Below are positions 1 through 8,072 of a DNA stretch of 32,000 bases, in pieces. The notes below the pieces were generated by a model. The model had not been told where the DNA came from, did no database searches, and was given only the letters and a program-made list of their open reading frames with translations. Both the position numbers and the translations under genes were made by a program. Positions within the stretch are counted from its first letter, which is position 1. Each line of letters starts with the position of its first letter. This DNA comes from Candidatus Syntropharchaeum caldarium (GTDB lineage Archaea > Halobacteriota > Syntropharchaeia > Syntropharchaeales > Syntropharchaeaceae). The stretch is from NCBI GenBank assembly GCA_001766815.1, contig LYOS01000001.1:90001-122000 (forward strand). The letters run 5' to 3'.

Positions 1-735
1 TATCGCCTTTGTCGTTGTCCCAGGTCCCAGAATATAGATCGAGTCATCTTTCATGATCTCTGATAAAAACCATGCAATCTCTGCCTTTGATATCTCCTCG
101 CTCGCGTCATGGATGATCGCTTTACCTTCCTGAATCAGTCCTGGCATCTGAGGTGTTTTTGCATACCCGAAGAGCCTGATATCGAGTACGCCCTCTCTGT
201 ACTTCTCTTCATCGATATCAAGGATCTCTGACTCCCCCATGATCGTTTTCCCCCCAAAGAACGCCTTTAAAAGCTCTCTGGCAGATGCTGGATTCAGGGC
301 AAATACACCAGAGTACATCTTGACACCCGCGGGTATCCCGAGAACTGGTATCCTCTCCTGAACAACCGAGTATACATCCCTTGCAGTTCCATCGCCCCCA
401 CAGAATAAGATCAGATCGACCTTTTCATCAAGAAACAACCGGCAGATCTTTTCTGTATCCCCGGCAGATGTCACCAGAGGCGGTTCATAGATCACTCTGT
501 AAGTGATACCAGCGCTCTTAAGAACACTCTCTCCCATATTCCCTGCTGCAGTTAGAAATACTGTCGCTTCAGGGGTATCAAGGTTCTCAAGTGCCTGCTC
601 TGCTTTTATATGTGCTACAGGTGACGCCCCTCGCTCTTTTGCGAGATCAAGAACCCCATCGGTTCCCTTAAGTCCAACAGACCCACCCATTCCTGATATC
701 GGGTTTATTAGAAATCCGATCTTACATCTTGCCAT
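1..735 (-). CDS. ATP-NAD kinase-like protein (COG3199 / AcoX-like); the C-terminus runs off the left edge
   Basis: My own minus-strand translation from the ATG at 735..733 gives MARCKIGFLINPISGMGGSVGLKGTDG...DLILFCGGDGTARDV...VLGIPAGVKMYSGVFALNP...YILGPGTTTKAI. It contains the GGDGT NAD/diacylglycerol-kinase motif. The frame stays open to position 1. It is absent from the ORF track because there is no stop in the window. Confidence 0.7.
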   Translation of the reverse strand, partial: MARCKIGFLINPISGMGGSVGLKGTDGVLDLAKERGASPVAHIKAEQALENLDTPEATVFLTAAGNMGESVLKSAGITYRVIYEPPLVTSAGDTEKICRLFLDEKVDLILFCGGDGTARDVYSVVQERIPVLGIPAGVKMYSGVFALNPASARELLKAFFGGKTIMGESEILDIDEEKYREGVLDIRLFGYAKTPQMPGLIQEGKAIIHDASEEISKAEIAWFLSEIMKDDSIYILGPGTTTKAI

Positions 736-739
736 GAAC

Positions 740-1924
740 TCAGGAAGATATCTCTTCCTCGATCCTTATAAGCTCGTTGAGTTTTGCGATCCGTTCGCCT
801 CCGACAACCCCGGTCTTTATGATCGGGGCATTCAGGCCCACGGCAAGGTGTGCGATCGTATTATCGGTGGTCTCGCCCGATCGATGCGAGATGACACATG
901 CATAACCATTCGAGACCGCAAGATGAATCGCATCGAATGTATCAGTGAGCGTTCCGATCTGGTTGGGCTTGATCAGAACACAATTTGAAGCTCCCATCTC
1001 AATTCCACGCTTTATTCGCTCCGGATTTGTAACAAAAAGATCGTCGCCACATATAATACATTTGACAGACGATGTGAGTGTTGCAAACCCCTCAAAATCC
1101 TCTTCATCGAGTGGATCTTCGAGATAATATATTTTATAGCGATCAATAAGTTCTCCCAGATATGCGATCTGTTCATCCCGAGATCTTGACTTATCCCTGT
1201 ATCTGTAGGCTTCTCCATCCCATAGCTCTGATGCTGCAACGTCAAGCCCGATCCTGATCTCAAAACCCATCTCGTCACTGATCGCACCTGTTGCCTCGGC
1301 CATCAGTTCAAGAGCGTCTTCATTTGTGATTGGTGGTGCCCATGCGCCCTCGTCCCCTTTGGCACAGGTTATGCCCTTTGCTGTGAGAAGCTCTTTCACG
1401 CGCCTGTGAACCTTTGCGTTTGCAAATACAGAATCTACAGCGTGTTCTGACCCAACGGGAATGGATAAAAACTCCTGTATGTCTGTGGCGCCTTTGGCAT
1501 GGACACCGCCACCTATCACGTTTCCAAGTGGATGTGGAATGGAGGAGAAGGCACCACCGATGTAGCGATAGAGGGGTATACCAAGTGATGATGCAGCCGC
1601 CTTTGCAGCAGCCATCGAGATTGCGACAGCGACGTTTCCACCTATATTTGAGAAGTCATCAGTTCCATCAATCTCATGGAGCGTTTTATCAATCTGCCTC
1701 TGATCAAGCACATCGCATCCTGTAAGTTTGGGGATCACGTTACTCTCTGCCTTTGCGATTGCATCATCCACAGGGATCACTTTTGCTTCGTATGTTCCTG
1801 TGCTTGCACCGCTTGGCGCAGCAGCCTGACCCCATCCTTCCTGAGTTAAGATTTCAGCCTCAACCGTTGGATTCCCTCGACTATCCTGTATCTTCCGCAA
1901 AAAAATCTTCTCAACCGGTATCAT
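740..1924 (-). CDS. eno: Enolase (phosphopyruvate hydratase)
   Basis: 394-aa ORF with typical enolase motifs ([36 protein letters not shown]). It sits in the conserved archaeal position downstream of rpoK. Confidence 0.97.
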   Translation of the reverse strand: MIPVEKIFLRKIQDSRGNPTVEAEILTQEGWGQAAAPSGASTGTYEAKVIPVDDAIAKAESNVIPKLTGCDVLDQRQIDKTLHEIDGTDDFSNIGGNVAVAISMAAAKAAASSLGIPLYRYIGGAFSSIPHPLGNVIGGGVHAKGATDIQEFLSIPVGSEHAVDSVFANAKVHRRVKELLTAKGITCAKGDEGAWAPPITNEDALELMAEATGAISDEMGFEIRIGLDVAASELWDGEAYRYRDKSRSRDEQIAYLGELIDRYKIYYLEDPLDEEDFEGFATLTSSVKCIICGDDLFVTNPERIKRGIEMGASNCVLIKPNQIGTLTDTFDAIHLAVSNGYACVISHRSGETTDNTIAHLAVGLNAPIIKTGVVGGERIAKLNELIRIEEEISS

Positions 1925-2092
1925 CTACTTCCTCCGAACTGTTATTGGTATTACTCCTTTCTCAAACTCAAGGAGTGCAATCTCAATCGGGTCCATCTCA
2001 TCTGTTTTCACCAAAACTGGAGCGCCCATCGATATCTGTAATGCCCTTGCCCCTATGATCCTCGCCTTCTCATACTTTGTGTATTTTTCCAA
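1925..2092 (-). CDS. rpoK: DNA-directed RNA polymerase subunit K (Rpo6/omega-like)
   Basis: Not in the ORF track (55 aa). My translation gives (TTG)[54 protein letters not shown]. An in-frame TGA lies 9 nt upstream, so TTG at 2092 is the only start. A GAGGTG SD precedes it. The stop TAG at 1927..1925 abuts the eno ATG at 1924. Confidence 0.85.
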   Translation of the reverse strand: MEKYTKYEKARIIGARALQISMGAPVLVKTDEMDPIEIALLEFEKGVIPITVRRK

Positions 2093-2112
2093 ACGACCAC
2101 CTCAAAATGAGA

Positions 2113-2187
2113 TGGGGTTGCTGAGATTCGAACTCAGGTCACGGCGTCCCGAACGCCGAAGGATGGGCCAGGCTACCCTACAACCCC
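2113..2187 (-). tRNA. tRNA-Pro (anticodon CGG)
   Basis: Hand-folded cloverleaf. The acceptor GGGGTTG pairs with CAACCCC, followed by discriminator A. U8, A14, G15, G18G19 and A21 are present. The anticodon stem is CGGCG/CGCCG with loop UUCGGGA (U33, G37). The T arm is CTGAG-TTCGAAT-CTCAG. CCA is not encoded. Confidence 0.9.
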
Positions 2188-2193
2188 CATTGA

Positions 2194-2382
2194 TTATTGA
2201 TAAGGCACGAACTTATCAACGATCTCGAGATGCGTGAGCAACATCCTCCTGCAACAGTATCGTTCCACCCCCATATCATCCAGAATATCCCCCGGATCTT
2301 CGCCAGCATCGCGCCGTTCTTTGTATTCTTCCCAGTACCCACCAATCACCTTTCCACACGTGAAACAACGAACAGGTATCAT
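2194..2382 (-). CDS. rpoN: DNA-directed RNA polymerase subunit N (Rpo10)
   Basis: The sequence is [14 protein letters not shown]...[12 protein letters not shown], which carries the Zn-binding CxxC...CC signature. The track ORF begins at 2400 (MSEEVR extension), but the canonical N-terminus MIPVRCF starts at 2382. Confidence 0.9.
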   Translation of the reverse strand: MIPVRCFTCGKVIGGYWEEYKERRDAGEDPGDILDDMGVERYCCRRMLLTHLEIVDKFVPYQ

Positions 2383-2396
2383 CCTTACCTCTTCAC

Positions 2397-2825
2397 TCAA
2401 CGGTATGATTTCTGCTTGCGTGCTCTTGCGCCTCTGCCACCAAACTTCTTGGCTTCTTTGCGACGCATATCGTTTACAAGCAAATTTCTGTCAAATTCAA
2501 GAAAAGCACTCTTCAACTGGGACCGTTCTTCTATATCATCGATCCATTCAACAAGTCCTCTTGCGATCGCTGTCCGCACCGCGTTTGCCTGCCCCATGAA
2601 CCCACCGCCTCGCACGTTAACATCAATATCAATCCCTTTGAGATAGTCTTTATCAAACGTGTACTGTGCTATGAGGAGCGGTTCCATGATCCGCAATCTT
2701 GCAAGTTCGGGCCTGAGGATATCGAGTGGAACTTTGTCTATTCTCACTCTGCCCTTTCCGGGCTTGAATACCGCCCTTGCAATTGCAGTCTTCCGTTTAC
2801 CACTTGAATTAATGATCTTTTTCAT
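2397..2825 (-). CDS. rps9: 30S ribosomal protein S9 (uS9)
   Basis: 142 aa, with [11 protein letters not shown] near the N-terminus and a C-terminal ...ARKQKSYR. It lies in the conserved L13-S9-RpoN order. Confidence 0.95.
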   Translation of the reverse strand: MKKIINSSGKRKTAIARAVFKPGKGRVRIDKVPLDILRPELARLRIMEPLLIAQYTFDKDYLKGIDIDVNVRGGGFMGQANAVRTAIARGLVEWIDDIEERSQLKSAFLEFDRNLLVNDMRRKEAKKFGGRGARARKQKSYR

Positions 2826-2827
2826 TT

Positions 2828-3280
2828 TCAGCTCTCCTCAAACTTCGCCCCAAGCTTTCTGGAGATGTCTCCAAGACGCGTGAACTTGTATGTGCCCAAT
2901 CGACCAGCATCTGCTTCTTCTATCGTTACAGGTTGTATATCGCTGTACTCTTCGGGAACACCAATGCAGACCCGCAATCTTGCGAGTGCATCACGCCCCC
3001 GCTTTCGTTTGTAGGGCAACATTCCCCTTATTGTTCGCTTTAAGATCTGATCAGGCATTCTTGGGAAGTATGGTCCCTTCTCCTTTGAGCCTTTATTCCT
3101 CATACTGCGATAGTCGGCGAAAGTCTTACGTTTTGAACCGCTTATTATCGCTTTTTCTGCGTTGATTATGACGATTGTTTCGTTATTAAGGAGTCGCTTC
3201 GCACAGGAACTTGCAAGCCGACCCAAAATTAATCTATCTGCATTTATAACTGTGGGATTTTTTAATACAGCTTTACTCAA
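2828..3280 (-). CDS. rpl13: 50S ribosomal protein L13 (uL13)
   Basis: 150 aa, with [13 protein letters not shown] and TIRGMLPYK-type motifs. It overlaps the L18e stop by 8 nt. Confidence 0.93.
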   Translation of the reverse strand: MSKAVLKNPTVINADRLILGRLASSCAKRLLNNETIVIINAEKAIISGSKRKTFADYRSMRNKGSKEKGPYFPRMPDQILKRTIRGMLPYKRKRGRDALARLRVCIGVPEEYSDIQPVTIEEADAGRLGTYKFTRLGDISRKLGAKFEES

Positions 3281-3632
3281 GGATTTTTACCCCCTTTCCA
3301 CCTGGATTCTCCTTTGTAAGCTCTAATATACTGATTGCTCTCCCCTGTTCCATCAGGGTGGCTCTTGCCCGTTCCGAGAATTTAAATGCAGCTACTGTGA
3401 CGGGATGATCAATCACACCACTACCAAGCACTTTTCCCGGTACCACCACAACATCATCCGCAGAGGTATGTCTATTTATATGCTTAAGATTGACCTCAGC
3501 CATATTTCGACTGGGTTTCTGGAGTCTTTTTGAGAGGTCACGCCAGATGGGCGCATCGTTCTCCCTTGCTAACTCTATCAACTGATTGATCAGCCCAAGC
3601 AGGACAGGATTGGTCTTGACTCTTTTCATCAT
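3273..3632 (-). CDS. rpl18e: 50S ribosomal protein L18e (eL18/L15 family)
   Basis: The sequence is MMKRVKTNPVLLGLINQL...VVVPGKVLGSG. The track start at 3656 lies only 7 nt from a TATATA element, whereas ATG-ATG at 3632/3629 sits about 30 nt downstream of it. That spacing is consistent with a leaderless start. Confidence 0.88.
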   Translation of the reverse strand: MMKRVKTNPVLLGLINQLIELARENDAPIWRDLSKRLQKPSRNMAEVNLKHINRHTSADDVVVVPGKVLGSGVIDHPVTVAAFKFSERARATLMEQGRAISILELTKENPGGKGVKILE

Positions 3633-3662
3633 TCGAGATCGAGATAATATAGTCATATCAGT

Positions 3663-3669
3663 ATATAAC
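3663..3669. promoter_or_regulatory. TATA element in the divergent rpl18e/hisD intergenic region
   Basis: 'tatataa' at 3663..3669. It is about 30 nt upstream of the rpl18e ATG (3632, minus) and 57 nt upstream of the hisD ATG (3726, plus). Confidence 0.35.
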
Positions 3670-3725
3670 TGTTGCAGTCAGCCAAAAGAAGATATAAGAC
3701 CTTGACCAATGGAAAAGCTGGTAAC

Positions 3726-4970
3726 ATGGCTATAACTGTCGAGACCTTGATGAGTTTGAATGAGGATGCACTGGATCAACTTTTCAATCGGAGCGCAGAA
3801 TATCTTGATTTTATGGATATCGTCGCAGAAATCGTTGAGACGGTCAGAAAGGTGGGTGACAAGGCAGTTTGGGACTACACAAAGAAATTTGACGACGTGA
3901 ATATTGATCAAATTGAAGTTGATAGATATGAGATTGAATCGGCACGAGAAATGGTTGATTCTGAGATTCTCAAGCATCTTGAGCTTGCTCACAAAAATAT
4001 TCTTGCTTACCACCTGCGCCAGAAAGAAAGAGAATTCTGGATGGATGAGATCACGGATGGAATCGTACTTGGCCAGAAGCGTGTTCCGATAAGTTCTGCT
4101 GGCGCTTATGTACCTGCAGGTTATCCTTCCACCGCGCTCATGACTGTAACTCCTGCAAAGGTCGCGGGTGTCCCCCAGATCGTTGTTGCAACGCCTCCAC
4201 GGCGTGATGGATCGATCGATCCGCTTCTTCTTGTGGCAGCAGATATGGCAGGAGCAGACAGGATATTCAAGGTGGGTGGCGCGCAGGCAATTGGGGCATT
4301 ATCATGCGGAACCGAGACAGTTCCAAAAGTTTCAAAGATCGTTGGTCCTGGGAATGTTTATGTAACTGCAGCAAAGATCTATGTTAGATCAAAGGGGTAC
4401 TGTGAGATCGACTTTCCTGCAGGACCCTCTGAGATATTGATACTTGCAGATGCAGGCGCCAATGCAGATTGGATTATCGCAGATATGCGGGCACAGGAAG
4501 AACATGATAAAATGGCAGTTTCGTTACTTCTTACAACATCAGAAAGAATCGCATCAGAGGTTTCAACTGCAATCGATAGCTCACAGTCAAGGATCTTTCT
4601 GATCAATACGCTCAAAGAAGGGATTGAGTTCATAAACCGCTATGCACCCGAACATCTTGAGATTTTGACCGAAGATCCGCTTAAGATCCTTGAAGAGATC
4701 ACATCTGCAGGTTCGATCTTTCTCGGAGGTTACTCGCCTGTTGCAGCAGGGGACTATGCATCAGGAACAAACCACGCCCTTCCAACAGCAGGTTATGGCA
4801 GGGTCTTCTCAGGACTTTCACTCGATTCATTTATGAAGACGATGAGCATACAGATGCTTACAAAACGCGGGCTTGAAAGGATCAAAGATGCCACGGTGGC
4901 ACTTGCGAGATATGAAGGCTTTGATGAACATGCCAGGTCTATAATTGCACGGTTCAGTACGGAGGAATAA
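3726..4970 (+). CDS. hisD: Histidinol dehydrogenase
   Basis: The ORF carries hisD motifs (GPGNVYVTAAK, QEEHD, APEHLEI, GDYASGTNHALPT). The track start at 3672 is a TTG with an 18-aa basic extension. The ATG at 3726 (MAITVETL) is preferred. Confidence 0.93.
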   Translation: MAITVETLMSLNEDALDQLFNRSAEYLDFMDIVAEIVETVRKVGDKAVWDYTKKFDDVNIDQIEVDRYEIESAREMVDSEILKHLELAHKNILAYHLRQKEREFWMDEITDGIVLGQKRVPISSAGAYVPAGYPSTALMTVTPAKVAGVPQIVVATPPRRDGSIDPLLLVAADMAGADRIFKVGGAQAIGALSCGTETVPKVSKIVGPGNVYVTAAKIYVRSKGYCEIDFPAGPSEILILADAGANADWIIADMRAQEEHDKMAVSLLLTTSERIASEVSTAIDSSQSRIFLINTLKEGIEFINRYAPEHLEILTEDPLKILEEITSAGSIFLGGYSPVAAGDYASGTNHALPTAGYGRVFSGLSLDSFMKTMSIQMLTKRGLERIKDATVALARYEGFDEHARSIIARFSTEE

Positions 4971-4971
4971 A

Positions 4972-5475
4972 ATGATGCGGGTAGCGATGGAGATTGAGTT
5001 AAAGGATATACCTGGTCAGCTATTTGGGGCACTCGGTCCGATAGCGGATCTTGGGGGAAATATCATCAGTATTGCACACCAGCGTGATCTAAGGACCCCC
5101 AGGGGCACGATACCGATCAAGATCACGATCGAGATAGATGAGAGGCATCTTGATGATCTGATTGCACGCTGGCACGATGTCGGGATCACGGTGATGCAGA
5201 AGGGAGAGGAACGGCTCCATGAGAGTGTATTTCTCATACTGGTCGGGCACATCGTCCACACAGACCTGAAGAGCACGATCGATGCGGTGGACTCAACAGG
5301 CTTTGCAGAGGTTGTCGATCTTACACTATCAATGCCAGGGATCGATGAGGAATCATCAGCAGGAATTACGATAAAAGCGACAGGTAGGACTGAGATGGAA
5401 CGTGCGATCGAGATTTTAGAACAGGAGGCTGTGAATAAAGAACTCCTCCTCATAAAGCCGCTGGAGGAGATCTGA
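4972..5475 (+). CDS. Stand-alone tandem ACT-domain protein
   Basis: The sequence is MMRVAMEIELKDIPGQLFGALGPIADLGGNIISI..., with two beta-alpha-beta-beta-alpha-beta ACT-like halves. A GGAGGA SD lies 4 nt upstream of the ATG at 4972 (the track TTG at 4945 lies inside hisD). The stop overlaps the hom ATG (TGATG). Confidence 0.75.
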   Translation: MMRVAMEIELKDIPGQLFGALGPIADLGGNIISIAHQRDLRTPRGTIPIKITIEIDERHLDDLIARWHDVGITVMQKGEERLHESVFLILVGHIVHTDLKSTIDAVDSTGFAEVVDLTLSMPGIDEESSAGITIKATGRTEMERAIEILEQEAVNKELLLIKPLEEI

Positions 5476-6467
5476 TGAAGCGAGTCGATATTATAATAAT
5501 TGGCTTTGGTACTGTAGGACGTGGGCTTGCAACGATTATAAGAAAGAACGGAAGCCTTGCACGTGATCGATTTGGGGTTGATATCAGGATTGTGGGTATC
5601 GCCGATCTTCGCGGTTCGATGATGGATTCTGATGGGCTTGATATCGATGACGCACTCGAATGGAAGTGTGAAATCTCGCCTGTGAATAGTATCGAGCTTA
5701 TATCAAAGGGTGAATACGATCTCATGGTTGAGACAACACCTTCAGATGTTACAACCGGTGAACCTGCTTTTACCCACATAAAAACAGCATTGAATCTGGG
5801 AAAAGCTGTTGTAACCTCAAATAAAGGTCCTATAGCTCTCTACTATCGTGAACTTATGGAGCTTTCTGAAAGAACGGGTTCTCCTTTCAGGTTTGAGGCA
5901 TCTGTCGGTGGTGCGATGCCGATCATAAATTTGATCAGGGATAACCTTGCTGGAAATCAGATACTTGGAATCAAAGGAATCTTCAACGGCACATGCAACT
6001 ATATCCTTACAAGAATGGCAGAGGAGGGGTTACCTTATGAGTATGTGCTTTCAGAGGCTCAATCGCTTGGGATTGCAGAGGCAGACCCGTCTTATGATGT
6101 TGATGGAATTGACACCGCCGAAAAGCTGACAATCCTTGCAAACGCAGTCATGGGCATGGATATTGCGTACCACGATGTCTCGGTTGAGGGGATCAGGCGG
6201 ATCACACCAGACACACTCAAACTCGCACTTGATAAGGGTTATGTGGTAAAACTGATCGGTGAAGCTGTAAACGGCAAGATTGAAGTTGCACCAAGACTTG
6301 TTCCAAGAGATCACCCGTTTGCACTGATGCGCGGGACGCTTAACATCGCAGAGATCACCACAGACCTTTCAGGGCCTATCACCGTGATGGGGAGGGGTGC
6401 TGGTGCGATAGAGGCGGCGAGCGCGATATTCAGCGATATTATAAGTATATATCGATCAGAGCAATGA
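5475..6467 (+). CDS. hom: Homoserine dehydrogenase (short form, no C-terminal ACT domain)
   Basis: 330 aa, with an N-terminal Rossmann GFGTVGRG, and FEASVGGAMPII, GIFNGTCNYIL and AEADPSYDVDGID motifs. Confidence 0.92.
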   Translation: MKRVDIIIIGFGTVGRGLATIIRKNGSLARDRFGVDIRIVGIADLRGSMMDSDGLDIDDALEWKCEISPVNSIELISKGEYDLMVETTPSDVTTGEPAFTHIKTALNLGKAVVTSNKGPIALYYRELMELSERTGSPFRFEASVGGAMPIINLIRDNLAGNQILGIKGIFNGTCNYILTRMAEEGLPYEYVLSEAQSLGIAEADPSYDVDGIDTAEKLTILANAVMGMDIAYHDVSVEGIRRITPDTLKLALDKGYVVKLIGEAVNGKIEVAPRLVPRDHPFALMRGTLNIAEITTDLSGPITVMGRGAGAIEAASAIFSDIISIYRSEQ

Positions 6468-7582
6468 AAGTAAAATCAAAGGTACTTGAGCGAAGAAGAG
6501 TCTGTCTCGAGCATGCAAGATCGATCTCCCATGAGAAGGGCTACTTCACGATCAAGGATATTGTCAATCGCACCGGCATGCCAAGAAGCACGGTACAGGA
6601 CTGGATCAACCGTTTAGTTGAGGAAGGGTGTGTGAAGCTTATTCGGGAGCGTGATGGGCCAATTCCAGCAAAATACGTGAGTATAACCCGGACCTTTCCT
6701 GCTTCATCCTGCAGACGGATATTCACGACGGTTGAAGACGATCTGATCGAGATATTTCATGCATGCAGAAGCGAGGGGTGCCTTGAGTTCTGTGAATGGG
6801 CACATGGTGGAGCGGGAGGAGTTGTCCGTCATGTCAAAAAAGAAGGAATGTTGCTCCATGAGATCGTTGAGGTTGGAAAAAAGGAGATAGACCTCAAAAG
6901 GTACTCCGTTGGCGTGATGGATGTTTATGTCAAGGATGGAATTGTTTATCAACGGATCGCATCAAGAGGCGGTCCTGCCTACTCACTGACCGAGATGATG
7001 CAATTTGCTGAGGGTGTAATCGAGGTGAGGGTTGAAGATCATCCAGATTATACAGTGGGCACAATCCTGACCGAGGCGTTAGAACATCTCACAATTGCTG
7101 TTGATGATACAGATAGGGGCGATCGGGGTGCGACGTTTGCGTTAACCCTTGGACTTTTGAATGTACTATCAACGCTACCTGGTGTCTTCCCAATCTCCCA
7201 CAAGGTTGCATTCCTCAAACCTGATATCCCACACAGAACGGTTGGAAACTCGGTTAGCTTCATCGAACTTGCGATAAAGCCGCAGATACTTGATACAGTG
7301 ATCGAGGAGTCTGTGAGGTACTTAAAGTCTGAAACGCTCTCTGATGAGACGGGAATGGCATACAGAATCGGCTTCAAGGAGAACGCTGATCTGCGGGCGT
7401 TTGCAGCGAAGGCGCGGCGTGAAGAGGTGAGTGTTGAAGATGCGATGCGTGTGGCAGAACTTGCCAACGTTGGCGTTCTTGAGGTTACGGGCAGACGGGG
7501 TATCATCGGTGCTGTTGCTGCACTCGGGCTTTCAGGGCTTCCTTCCGAACTGCTCTTTGATCCAGGGGCGGCGTTTCCATGA
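6464..7582 (+). CDS. Uncharacterised protein: N-terminal winged-HTH plus a C-terminal TiaS-kinase-domain(TCKD)-like module
   Basis: The HTH-like stretch is FTIKDIVNRTGMPRSTVQDWINRLVEEGCV. The C-terminal half carries IAVDDTDRGDRGATFALTLG, LKPDIPHRTVGNSVSF and GRRGIIGAVAALG, which resemble the ordered motifs of the N-terminal domain of archaeal TiaS as I recall them. ATGA overlaps occur at both ends (6464-6467 and 7579-7582). Confidence 0.55.
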   Translation: MKVKSKVLERRRVCLEHARSISHEKGYFTIKDIVNRTGMPRSTVQDWINRLVEEGCVKLIRERDGPIPAKYVSITRTFPASSCRRIFTTVEDDLIEIFHACRSEGCLEFCEWAHGGAGGVVRHVKKEGMLLHEIVEVGKKEIDLKRYSVGVMDVYVKDGIVYQRIASRGGPAYSLTEMMQFAEGVIEVRVEDHPDYTVGTILTEALEHLTIAVDDTDRGDRGATFALTLGLLNVLSTLPGVFPISHKVAFLKPDIPHRTVGNSVSFIELAIKPQILDTVIEESVRYLKSETLSDETGMAYRIGFKENADLRAFAAKARREEVSVEDAMRVAELANVGVLEVTGRRGIIGAVAALGLSGLPSELLFDPGAAFP

Positions 7583-8049
7583 ATGGAGATACCAGCAATC
7601 ACCGGATCGGATGGGACGATTACTGGATGAAGATCACCCAGGACATCTCGCTTCGCTCAACATGCGTGAGGCGCAAGATAGGGGCCGTGATCGTGAAGGA
7701 TACTATTATCATTTCAACAGGGTACAACGGTGCACCGAGGGGTTTTCCACACTGTATCGAGCGGGGTTGCATCAGAGATGAGCTTGGGATCCAATCAGGT
7801 ACACGCCATGAGATCTGTTTTGGTGTTCACGCCGAGCAAAATGCTTTGCTTCAGGCAGGAAGGGACGCAGCTGGTGGGACGCTCTACGTCAATGCTTATC
7901 CGTGCAAGATCTGCGCAAAGATGATCCTGAATGCCTCGATCAAGGAGGTAGTAATCTCGGGAACGTACTCAGATAGAGAGGGGATCGAGCTTCTCAGAGA
8001 AGGTGGTGTGAAGGTTAAGTTTCTTGAAAGTAAAGGCAAAAAAATTTAA
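7579..8049 (+). CDS. dCMP deaminase (ComEB-type zinc cytidine/deoxycytidylate deaminase fold)
   Basis: 156 aa with the HAEQNAL ... PCKICAKMI zinc signature (H-A-E ... PCxxC) and TGYNGAP. Confidence 0.88.
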   Translation: MNGDTSNHRIGWDDYWMKITQDISLRSTCVRRKIGAVIVKDTIIISTGYNGAPRGFPHCIERGCIRDELGIQSGTRHEICFGVHAEQNALLQAGRDAAGGTLYVNAYPCKICAKMILNASIKEVVISGTYSDREGIELLREGGVKVKFLESKGKKI

Positions 8050-8050
8050 A
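8037..8050 (+). promoter_or_regulatory. BRE/TATA promoter for the frhB-like/por operon (leaderless)
   Basis: 'caaaaaaatttaaa' has its TATA centre about 26 nt upstream of the ATG at 8073. No SD lies between them. Confidence 0.45.
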
Positions 8051-8058
8051 GTATCCTG

Positions 8059-8063
8059 TTTTT
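8059..8063 (+). terminator. Oligo-T tract after the dCMP deaminase gene
   Basis: A T5 run lies 10 nt after the stop at 8049. This is an archaeal-style oligo-T terminator. Confidence 0.3.
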
Positions 8064-8072
8064 ACACCTATT

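Noticed and set aside
503-988. 161-aa plus-strand ORF spanning the kinase-like/enolase junction
   Set aside because: It is antisense to two well-supported minus-strand genes (COG3199-like and eno). It has low-complexity, Ser/Arg/Pro-rich shadow-frame composition and no recognisable motifs.
2055-2646. Plus-strand ORFs 2055-2237, 2197-2646 and 2234-2599
   Set aside because: They overlap the tRNA-Pro and run antisense to rpoN and rps9. These are shadow ORFs of highly conserved genes.
3672-3725. N-terminal extensions in the ORF track (hisD 3672, ACT 4945, GH15 15329, thiI 20154, dapA 21528, rnp1 24948, aEF-1beta 29066, rpoN 2400, rps17e 21341, rpl24 26252, UPF0147 23438)
   Set aside because: The extended parts overlap neighbouring genes, use TTG/GTG, and add non-conserved residues. 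Downstream ATGs reproduce the canonical family N-termini and often have an SD or a TATA at the proper spacing.
7048-7602. 184-aa minus-strand ORF, with similar long antisense ORFs at 5016-5453, 5450-5779, 15836-16339, 22444-22818 and 26898-27230
   Set aside because: Each lies wholly antisense to a gene with clear family motifs. Their Ser/Pro/Arg-rich composition is typical of mirror frames, and none has start-site signals.
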